The notes under the pieces were generated by a model, which ran no database searches, was not told the DNA's origin, and was given only the letters and a program-made list of their open reading frames with translations. 64,000 nt of DNA from Eledone cirrhosa (Eukaryota), in NCBI GenBank assembly GCA_964016885.1, contig OZ024743.1, forward strand, positions 18,724,001 through 18,788,000, in the 5' to 3' direction. Made by a program: the position numbers and the translations under genes. Numbering within the stretch: position 1 is the stretch's first letter; every line of letters begins with the position of its first letter. Positions 54,160 to 64,000 of the stretch are shown here, piece by piece.

Positions 54160-55155
54160 TCTCCGATAATATCTACGAACCTCTAGACGTAGGAGCCCGT
54201 TTCTTGAGCAAGTCTATCTGCATGAAACAGATAAGATCATGAGAGTTGGGAAGGAACTCCTCAGGAGATATTCCCTGTGTGATAATCAAAAACTCACACC
54301 CAGAGAGGTCGCTCAGCAGAATCGCAGTGAATCCATGGATGAATAACTGCATGGTTATCAGCAAAAATCATGCATGGATATGTTGCAAGGAAGCTCCAGA
54401 GGGAGAGTAATATAGATAAGGAAAGTAGTCTATCTTGGACCAACAACCGCTATATTGGCTCCCACTTTAAAGGATACGCTTTTGCAATCCAAGAACAGGA
54501 GATTAACACGAAATACCTGATTCACAAAAGAGATAGGGATGCAGGCAAAACACCTAGATGTGATAACAAGTGCAGACTCAGCAGAACTAACATCGAGGAT
54601 ATCACCCATGTCATCAGCAGCTGTCCAAAGATGTCATCGCGGTACTATCTACCTATGAGGCATGATGTAGTGGCCAAAACACTGTACAATGCAGTTCGTA
54701 AAAAAGATAGCCCCGATAATAAACACATTAAAAGCTACAGCAATGGGGAAGACATCCATGTACATAATATGAAAGAGTACTGGTGGAATGTTCCAGTAAA
54801 AACCCTAATAAAATGCAGGCATAACAGATCAGATAATATGATATGGGACAGGGAGAAGAAAGCATGCACAGTAGTGGAAATTAGCATCCCAGCAGATGCC
54901 TATATAATATCAAAGATTAGCGAAAAGGAGAATATTTATGCAGAACTGATGAGAAATCTGCAGATACTCCACTCTGATTACACCTTCCGATTTATGCCTG
55001 TGATTATTGTGGCACTGGTGTATGTTAGTAACTGCCTCAATACAAATCTTGAGAAGCTAGGCTTCACAGGAACAGAAAGAACACAACTAGTTAGGAAATT
55101 ACAAGTAATGGAACAGTAAAAATATGTAAAACATTCCAAACATTTTGCGTCTAAT
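54160..55155 (+). pseudogene. 3' fragment of an RLE-type non-LTR retrotransposon (R4/HERO/NeSL-like): CCHC knuckle + PD-(D/E)xK nuclease
   Basis: ORF 54370-55119 reads AIQEQEI.T, KCRL(S)..EDITHVISSCP, RHDVVA, HNR(S)D.MIWD and VVEISIPAD..K. A Cys and a Pro are mutated and the tail GTVKICK is frameshifted. Confidence 0.88.
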
Positions 55156-56040
55156 AACTGCATATACACATGTACAGATACAAAGCATATACACATGCAC
55201 ACATACAACTCAAAACATACACATCCTCACATACAATAGCATCCATATCTACACATGCATGCAGACATACATACTCTACCTAGTTTATGTTGTGTAAATT
55301 CCAATGAGAGGGTCTTGTGTCTATGTTAGAAACCGACTCTCTCTCTATTGGCAAAAATTTGTGAAATTATAAAACCAGAAGAACATACATATATACAGAC
55401 GTACATACATGCTCTATTAACATAGTAACCTATTTATATATTACTATCGAGATGAACGATGGGTGTATTGTGACAAAAACGTGCAAAAACGCTCGGAATT
55501 CTATAAGAATCCAGCATCGATAAGTATTGGCAGAAGCGGAGGGATAAGCAATATTGATAACCGTTAACAAACTAGAAACAGCTGTCGGTTGCTTCACTTT
55601 GTTTTTGCCCGAGACAAAATAAGTGACTGAGTCACTACTTTAAAACTCATACTATACATACATTCATATATATATATATATATGAAAATGATAGACCACA
55701 ACGGCAGAGCTCAAGCCGTTTCGACGGTTGTTTCTGGACGGTTACGGTCCATCTGGTTCATTACCACACCTCTTTCGTTATATCTATATATATGTGTGTG
55801 TGTATGTGTACGTGTGAGTGATAAATGTCATGTCTTATATTTAAGTCTGTGTGAGCGTGTCTATAAGTTGAAGGCCACACATACACAGATATACACATAC
55901 ACCCATTGATTTGCACACGTGGTGAACTTCAATCACTCTAATAAACTTCAAAGAAAGCTTTTCCAACGGAAAGCTATTTATATATGTCAATTTGTTATTA
56001 TGAAATCACCTTGTTGTTGAGTTAGACTTTAAACTATTTA

Positions 56041-56048
56041 TCTCTCCC

Positions 56049-56140
<92 letters not shown>

Positions 56141-56148
56141 CTCTCTTT
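56041..56148. repeat. (CT)n microsatellite
   Basis: Visible run. Confidence 0.97.
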
Positions 56149-58089
56149 CTGAAGAACAGCAACATGTTCTCTTCCTCTTTTATTCCCACCTTCAATATAT
56201 ACATACTAATATTAATACGAACATACTGACCGACTTTTATAATGTAGATTATCAATTTTTTTTCATGATGCAGCTTTAACGCAGTTACATATAACCCGTT
56301 GTAATACTGCATTAACCTCCATTAACATATATGAAGCTATAAAATCCAATGGCAGTTGTAGTAATCTTCCTACATCTAATGACTATAAGAATACGTGGAT
56401 TCTAGTTGATAATTACATAATTAATTACTAATGTAACGTGGGAGGCTAACGAAATTGATTTTTTCTTTTATTATTTCTAAACACTACATTTCTTGTCGAG
56501 TAAAACTTCGTGAAATATGCAGATGATTGTAAACGTATTGTGACTCGACACCATTTTCACTCAGTTAAGAGGACTAGTAACTAATTTATGTATATATATA
56601 TATCATTATACCTGAACACGTGCGTGTATGTGTAAAAATAAAATACTGAAGCGCTTGACGATACGAGGGAAACAGAAATTCTGAAACCAAGTGTAACAGC
56701 AGCTGTTAGCTATAAATATATGAAACACAGATCATGCCGGCTCAATACTTTGTGATAATCTCTGTCATAGTGATCACTAAATATTTAGTGCATATATTGC
56801 ATTTATCTTAGTTACGCTAAAGAATATGCTTCGTATATTATAATCATACGATTCAAGTGTCTTTTTCAATTAATCCTACCATTCATTATATGAAAGATTT
56901 ATTATATCATCAATGTTAGCACGTGTTTTATGAATCATCAAATGAACTCCATATGCAAAACATAAGAAAGTGATATAACAAACACAGCGTATTTATTATG
57001 CTTTATGTTTGAATTCATATATAATGTTTTTTGAAAACGAACATTAATATAGTAAATAAATCTGCTAGAAATTATGTTAAGGAGATTAAATTTGAATTAA
57101 TTCTTACATTTGTGAATATATGTTTTTTTAACACAAACTCCGTTTAGTAAAATAGTATAATATAAAGGAAAAATAAACAACTTCTTTTGTGATAATATCA
57201 TTCCAGAAAAGAGATAAATGCTTCGGTGCATTAGGATCGATGGGAAGAACATTAAGTCATTCAAATGAATATATATTGATTAGGAGTCAAAACAACGCTC
57301 ACATTTTGTTTTGATCACTAGCTGTTGGAGGTAATTGAACTCATTTAATATGAACTCAGCAGCCAGTAAAGAATAAGATAAAATAGAAATTAATATGTTA
57401 TATAAGTTTACATTGTCTATGTGTTAATCCTTTATTGTTGTTTTTTGTTGTTATTAAAAAGCAGATAAATGTGTCAATTTATTCCACACATTACGGATAC
57501 ATTCCGATGCTTTACGTTGAATTACAATTTAAAAAATAAGAAAATATTTGTAGAACTATCTCTAATATAGAACCACTCTGTCTTATATCTCTTAAGATTA
57601 TATAGCATTGCAGTTATAAATAAGCTTTGGAACCGTGTGACGTTCATTAGAATAACACAAAATAACAAGGAGTTGCGGCTAAAAATAAAATCATTCTACA
57701 ACGATAGTGTTTCAGGACAGGCATCTAATATATCTATATACGTACATTCCCTAAGCTTACACAATCAGAATCAAATATAACATATGTTTATATAGTTACA
57801 TATGTGTATATAATTCATTATAGAATGTATATCGAATACCCCCAAATATTACGTTATAAAATACCTGGATTCTATATGTAATATTTTACATATAGAAGCC
57901 AGGGATTTTATAACTTAATATTTGGGAGTATTCGATATATAATAGTTCATTTGGTGAGTTACACAAACGGAGATGAAATATTCCGTTTATGTATATCTAC
58001 TCAGCAACATCTCATTATATGGGTAGAAAAAAAAAATTCCGATTTTAAGAACCAGAGCGTTTGTTGAGCATTACACTCATAAAATACAG

Positions 58090-58124
<35 letters not shown>

Positions 58125-58130
<6 letters not shown>

Positions 58131-58920
58131 AACAAAGTTATTTCGTTGCACATCTGCAACATCACCAGTGGTAATATGATCATGTTTCCTCCTATTATAT
58201 TGTAATGTTTACGCTATTTTTATTTTATTTATTTATTTATTTAATTATTTATTTATTTTTGTCTCCGTCTATGCGCATGCGTTTGATTGTGTGTATAATG
58301 TTTGGTGTGTGTGTTCCCGTTTGAGTGTATGTGTTTTTATTTTTGTATTCTATCTTTGTTTACTCGTGTGTGTTTATATGTGTTTGTTGTTATTGCACTT
58401 GTGTATATATTTATTTATTTATATATCCCTAAGTCAGTATTGTTTGTTTGGGTATGTTTGTTGTTGTTATTCCATTCGTTTTTTTCTGTTTAAGTTTGGT
58501 TTTCTAAGCTCTATTTCACTTGCTTCTTTGATTTTCCTACCTGTTGCGTCATTTCTATCTTTAGAGATTATTTTAATTTCTATGTTGTCTATATTACGGT
58601 CATGTGTTTGTCTAGCGTGCTCGTATAGTACTGAGCCGTTTTTTGTCCTTTTAATTCCCCCTTGTGTTGGTCTATTCTTACTCCTATGCTTCGAGCTGTC
58701 TCACTTATGTATGGTCGTTGTCATGTTTCTGCAAGTACCCTCTGTACATTTTATGCTATAGAAATGTAGTCTATAGCATGCGCAGAGACGGAGACAAAAA
58801 TAAATAAATAAATAAAATAAAATAAAAATGGCGTAAACATTACATACAATAGGAGGACACATGATAATAGTATCAATGATGATGTTGCAGATGTGCAACG
58901 AAATATTTTCTTAGACTATA
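58125..58920 (-). mobile_element. Neptune-like PLE 3' fragment (GIY-YIG + UTR) with inverted 5' arm 58776-58920
   Basis: Minus strand reads SIKCTEGTCRNMTT. Homologous to 59500-60110. 58776-58920 is inverted to 58125-58279. Degenerate HHRs at 58131-58172 (-, CUGGUGA) and 58872-58913 (+, AUGAUGA). Confidence 0.82.
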
Positions 58921-58999
58921 TGTATATATATATACAAGCAAATTATAAAATTAAACATGTAAGTATGTTTTTGAAACGGTGCGCGAGTTTGAAATTAGA

Positions 59000-59216
59000 A
59001 ATTAGAAAATATAAGCTTTCACCGTATTTATTTTTAGACTAAAGAAATTTCTAGCCTGATAGTGGGGTTTATAACCCTCGGAGAAATGGAAAAAGATGAG
59101 TGTTGCTATACATGGGAGTACAGCAACACTCATCTTTTTCCATTTCTCCGAGGGTTATAAACCCCACTAACAGGCTAGAAATTTATTTAGTCTAAAAATA
59201 CCGTGAAAGCTTATAA

Positions 59217-59225
<9 letters not shown>
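59000..59225. repeat. Foldback with ~105-bp arms and 13-nt spacer
   Basis: 59000-59107 is the reverse complement of 59121-59225. Confidence 0.88.
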
Positions 59226-59248
<23 letters not shown>

Positions 59249-59500
59249 TAGTTTTGCGAGGTTTTTTATATGAAATCGTGTGTCGAAACAAATATTGTTA
59301 TACTTGGGGAGGGTTATATTTGTGTAATATTGCCAGAATTAATAACAGAACACACTCACTGTTTGGTTGGTTTTCGCTTCTCGCTTCTGTGTCTTTTATA
59401 ACGGTAATCTAACTTACTTGGTCCTCAATGTTGCCATTGACTGACCGACGGTCAAACATAATACAGATACAATATAGACACAAACACATATATATAGTTT

Positions 59501-59542
59501 ATCATAAATCTTTCGTTGCACATCTGCAACATCGTCAGTGGT
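59501..59542 (-). ncRNA. Type I hammerhead of the Neptune-like PLE
   Basis: ACCA-CUGACGA-U-GUUGCA-GAUG-UGCAAC-GAAA-GAUU-UA/UGAU. Its inverted copy begins at 63992 (ACCA-CUGAC) and is cut by the window end. Confidence 0.72.
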
Positions 59543-59805
59543 GTTATCGTTTCCTCCTGTTGTATTATATGTCTACGCCATTTTAATTCAGTCTGTCTAT
59601 ATATTTATTTATTTATTTGCTTGTTTGTTTATTTTATTTTGTCTTCTTTGCGCATGCGTTTGCGTGTGTGTATAGTGATTGTTTGCTGTGTGATGGGTGA
59701 CTAGTGTGTGTTTATGTACTTGTTGTTATTGTGTTTGTGTATGTATTTATATTATTTATTTATTTATTTATTTTATTTTATTTTATTTACTTATTTATAC
59801 TTCTC

Positions 59806-62785
59806 TTAGGTCAGTGTTGATTGTTTGGGTGCTGTTGTTATACCATTCATTCTTTCTGTTTAGTCTTGGCCTTCTAATTTCTATTTCACTGGCCTCTCTG
59901 ATTTGCCTATCTGCTGGGTCATTTCTATGTTTAGATATTATTCTAATTTCTATGTTGTCTATGTTACCGTCATGTTGTTGTCTAGCATGTTCGTATAGTA
60001 CTGACCCGTTTTTTCGTCATTTTAGTTCTCCCCAGTGTTGGTCTATCCTTTCAGCTATGCTACGAGCTGTCTCACCTATGTATGTTGTTGTCATGTTTCT
60101 GATGCTATAGACTACGTTTCTAGTTTTACAGTTTATCCGGGGGTTTACCTTACATATGATACACTTCCTATTGGTACAGTGGGTTTTCTTAAAAGGGTAG
60201 GTTTTGCTGATCAGGGATTTTATGGTGGTTCCTGGCTTTTCTACCACCTTAATTTTTAAGTGGGTCTTTCTCAGGGCCTTTCTACACTGGTTAGCTAATT
60301 TCCCTCCGGGGGTAGCGTCCACAAACATGACACTCTGGTATCTCTGGTTGTCGTACCGTGAGGTGGCTTTCCCTATCTTATGTCTAGCCCTATCTAAGCT
60401 ATTCCATGATTTGCTCCTGTATAATGGGCAAATTCCTTTCATGTCCAGTTCTGTGATGGTCTTATACTTATCCATGGCTCCTTCGTATACTCTAACTCTG
60501 TCCTTTTGGTTGTAGCCAGAGAACTGCATGCGGTTGATGAAGTGTTGGATGTGTCTTTCCATTTCTGTTGGGTCGCAAATGCGGGACACATTCTTCATCA
60601 CTCGTACCAAATCTGCGATCAGAATCTTAAACTTAGCACTACTGGACATTGCTGAGTTTTTGAGTATCAGGTATTTGGAGGCCATGGGTTTAGCATAGTG
60701 TGAGTGGAGAATTTAGGCTCTCTCGTCTATAGTGTTAATCCAGAGTTCTGTGTCTAATACAGGTAGTCTATTGTTAGGGTGTTTGGAAGGGAAGTCGATA
60801 GTTACAGTTATACTCTGGTTATGGAATTAGCTATCTGCTGGATGCTTTCCATCGTGCTACGTTCTAAATCAAACTTGTTAGTGCTTTCTAGTGGGGATGT
60901 CCTTACAACTATATTGATATCGTCTACATAACGAGAGTACATGATGAGGTTTATGGAGCTCTCATTAAGGAGATCTTTAAGTCTCCTTTCCCAACATACC
61001 ATGAAAAGGTTGGCAACATCACCAGCTATGCTGACGCCAATGGCTGCTCCCTCATTTTGAGCGTAGATCTTCTCGTTGAACATAAATATGTGGCCCTTTA
61101 AGGTAGTTTTGATACTAGCCCCTATTGCATGTGCGACCATTTTTCTTACCTGATCATTGTTTTGGGGGGGTCTGTATAGCTTTGGTCCACCCAATCCACC
61201 TTCCCAGGGGAGTCTTTTTAGCCATTGAGGTTATGGTGGGGGGTCTACCTCTTATAGGTCTACTGGGGCAGAAACATCTAAGGTCATGGCTGTCTAGGTA
61301 GTCAGTGTCGTAGGTAAGTCTAAGTAGGAGGCCCAGTTCGTCTGTGTCGACGTCGCAGAACTCTACCTCACTCTCAATGATCATCTCCACACATCTTTTC
61401 ACAGCAAAATCAATGCTAATGGATGGGTACTGTGACACCACATCCATGCTGCCTATTATGCAGTTGGATAGGTTCCTGTTTTTGTTGCACTCACTGATTC
61501 TGCTGAGGAGGTCCTCTGTACTGTCACATACATCTGGGGACATCTTGATTATGGGGCGTATAACCACCGAAACGAAGTAGGAGATCCTGGAGTTACTAGC
61601 TATATTAGCTCCCCATACGGGTCTTGTTGGTGGTCCTGTTGTCGGGTCGTCGACTGTCTTGTGGTCTTTGCGGAGCCCATACAAGGGTGGTATGCCATTG
61701 TTAGACGCCTGGAAGTTGTTGGCAGTGCGTCTTCTTGGCTTTAGGATGTCAGTCCACATCATCATGTGAGCGTTGAGGATTTTCTCTCTCCTATCGTGTG
61801 TTTGTCGTGCAATTTCGCTCGTGCTGGTGATGTGGGGTTGCATAGCCTTGATATAGTTCGGCATGCTATCTATTGACATCCTACCAGACTTATCCGCGGG
61901 TAGACATACTACCTCACCATCCCGTGTGCGCTGCTTGAGTCTAACCAAGCCTTCTAGAGGTTTCCTCCCAAGTTGTTGGGCCTCTGGTCTGCTCTGTCTC
62001 TTGGTATACCTGTCTACTATTTGTCTAATCTAATTTCGAGCTATGGTGAACTGTGTCTCTGTCTCGTCATCTATTTGTTGTGGTAACCTCGTAGGATAGA
62101 TATTACCCATATTATATGTTTTGTCAGCTGGGTTGAAAAATGGTTTCTCTAAGGGGTTGTCATTATATCTATCGTCATAGTTGTGTGTGTTGCTATTATT
62201 GTTATCATGGTGGTTGTTGTTGTTTCTATCATTAGCATTATTATTATTGTTATGATTGCTAGATGTATTGTTGTTTACTTCCCCGTTATTGTTGTTGTTA
62301 CTGTTATTTCTACCATTGTGGTTGTTACTTTTATTATGTTTCTTGTTTTTGTTGTGTCTATCATTGATGTTGCCACATGTACTATTTCCATTATTACCAC
62401 TGTGGTTATTGTTGTTGTTGTTCGTATTGTTACCGTTATTACTACTGTGGTTGCTGCTGCTGTGTCTGTGGTTAATGTTTCTATTATTATTATTATTATT
62501 GTGGTTGTTGTTGTTCTGTCTATCGTTAGTATTTTTACCATTATTACTATTTCTCACTTTCCTGCTATTGTTATTGTCATGGCTGTTATTTCTATACTCA
62601 GAGTTATTGTTTATATTACAACTACCGTTATTATTGTTGTTGTTATTGTTGTTGTTGTTTACCTTTGCATTCCAACGTATTTTTGTGAAAGACTTTTCCA
62701 GCTCCGTTTTGCACTCCATAGGGTTAATCTTGTTTGTAGATGGCAAATTTTGGTGGTAGCTGCAGGATTTGTTATTCTTGTTCAC
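59806..62785 (-). pseudogene. Fragmented PLE ORF: Asn-rich N-terminus, RT, thumb, GIY-YIG
   Basis: ORF track pieces 62030-62785, 61154-61948, 60808-61194 and 60017-60685, separated by stops and frameshifts. Confidence 0.9.
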
Positions 62786-62819
62786 TGATTAAATTCTCCA
62801 CTCACACTATGCTAAACCC

Positions 62820-63731
62820 ATGGCCTCCAAATACCTGATACTCAAAAACTCAGCAATGTCCAGTAGTGCTAAGTTAAATATTCTGATCGCAGATTTGGTA
62901 CGAGTGATGAAGAATGTGTCCCGCATGTGCGACCCAACAGAAATGGAAAGATACATCCAACACTTCATCAACCGCATGCAGTTCTCTGGCTACAACCAAA
63001 GAGACAGAGTTAGAGTATACGAAGGAGCCATGGAGAAGTATAAGACCCTCAAAGAACTGGACATGAAAGGAATTTGCCCATTATACAGGAGCAAATCATG
63101 GAATAGCTTAGATAGGGCTAGACATAAGATAGGGAAAGCCACCTCACGGTACGACAACCAGAGATACCAGAGTGTCATGTTTGTGGACGCTACCCCCGGA
63201 GGGAAATTAGCTAACCTGTGTAGAAAGGCCCTGATAAAGACCCACTTAAAAATTAAGGTGGTAGAAAAGCCAGGAACCACCATAAAATCCCTGATCAGCA
63301 AAACCTACCCTTTTAAGAAAACCCACTGTACCAATAGGAAGTGTATCATATGTAAGGTAAACCCCCGGATAAACTGTAAAACTAGAAACGTAGTCTATAG
63401 CATAAGATGTAGAGAGTCTACTTGCAGAAACATGACAACAACATACATAGGTGAGACAGCTTGTCGCATAGGTGAAAGGATAGACCAACACTGGGGGGAA
63501 CTAAAAGGACGAAAAAACGGGTCAAAAAACGGGTCAGTACTATACGAACATGCAAGACAACAACATGACGGTAACATAGACAACATAGAAATTAGAATAA
63601 TATCTAAACATAGAAATGACCCAGCAGATAGGCAAATCAGAGAGGCCAGTGAAATAGAAATTAGAAGGCCAAGACTAAACAGAAAGAATGAATGGAATAA
63701 CAACAACACCAAACAAACAACACTGACCTAA
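62820..63731 (+). CDS. Open 303-aa PLE thumb/linker/GIY-YIG endonuclease frame in the inverted arm
   Basis: CTNRKCIICK..NCKTRNVVYSIRC..C..YIGET..R..QH and RQIREA..LNRK.EW. No stops, begins at an internal Met. Expression is unknown. Confidence 0.6.
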   Translation: MASKYLILKNSAMSSSAKLNILIADLVRVMKNVSRMCDPTEMERYIQHFINRMQFSGYNQRDRVRVYEGAMEKYKTLKELDMKGICPLYRSKSWNSLDRARHKIGKATSRYDNQRYQSVMFVDATPGGKLANLCRKALIKTHLKIKVVEKPGTTIKSLISKTYPFKKTHCTNRKCIICKVNPRINCKTRNVVYSIRCRESTCRNMTTTYIGETACRIGERIDQHWGELKGRKNGSKNGSVLYEHARQQHDGNIDNIEIRIISKHRNDPADRQIREASEIEIRRPRLNRKNEWNNNNTKQTTLT

Positions 63732-64000
63732 GAGAAGTATAAATAAGTAAATGAAATAAAATAAAATAAATAAATAAATAAATAATATAAATACACAAAC
63801 ACAATAACGACAAGCACGTAAACACACACTAGTCACCCATCACACAGCAAATAAAACACTATACACACACGCAAACGCATGCGCAAAGAAGACAAAATCA
63901 AATAAACAAACAAGCAAATAAATAAATAAATATATAGACAGACTGAATGAAAATGGCGTAGACATATAATACAACAGAAGCAAACGATAACACCACTGAC

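Larger units (their letters stand above)
59495..64000 (-). mobile_element. Neptune-like PLE (minus strand 62789-59495) with a >1.2-kb inverted 3'-end copy (62790-64000, +)
   Basis: RT pieces LYGLRKDHK, GSMDVVSQYPSI, GAAIGVSIAGDVANLFM, YSRYVDDI and LPVLDT, then EN VVY..YIGET. 62790-64000 is the reverse complement of 59534-60715. The clade label is tentative. Confidence 0.9.

Noticed and set aside
60017-60019. In-frame UGA in the Neptune-like EN as recoding
   Set aside because: The inverted copy has GGA (Gly) at this position, so it is a simple nonsense mutation.
62183-62788. Hydrophobic + strand ORFs (V/I/L-rich) as membrane proteins
   Set aside because: They are antisense shadows of the Asn-rich repeat.

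Overview
This is AT-rich, microsatellite-laden eukaryotic (animal) DNA. The SINE and repeat style suggest a cephalopod such as octopus, which is an inference. No host protein-coding gene is recognisable. The window is dominated by Penelope-like retroelements (PLEs, RT plus GIY-YIG endonuclease): several Naiad-type copies with a CxCx5CPxxxxC linker, one nearly intact (816 aa), and Neptune-like copies. Almost all are embedded in (TA)n and carry an inverted copy of their own 3' end at the 5' side. There are also remnants of CR1/L2-like, RLE-type and RTE-like LINEs and one tRNA-derived SINE. Reading the non-coding parts by eye gives about 25 type-I hammerhead ribozyme (HHR) motifs of about 12 sequence types. 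These include non-canonical cores (U4C, U4A, compensatory U3-A8) and two with very long stem II hairpins (81 and 115 nt). The most notable element is an ORF-less ~426-bp tandem/dispersed repeat with one covarying HHR per unit and an octamer motif, i.e. a candidate retrozyme (circular-RNA-producing) family. All folds are by-eye pairings and no activity or database match has been tested.
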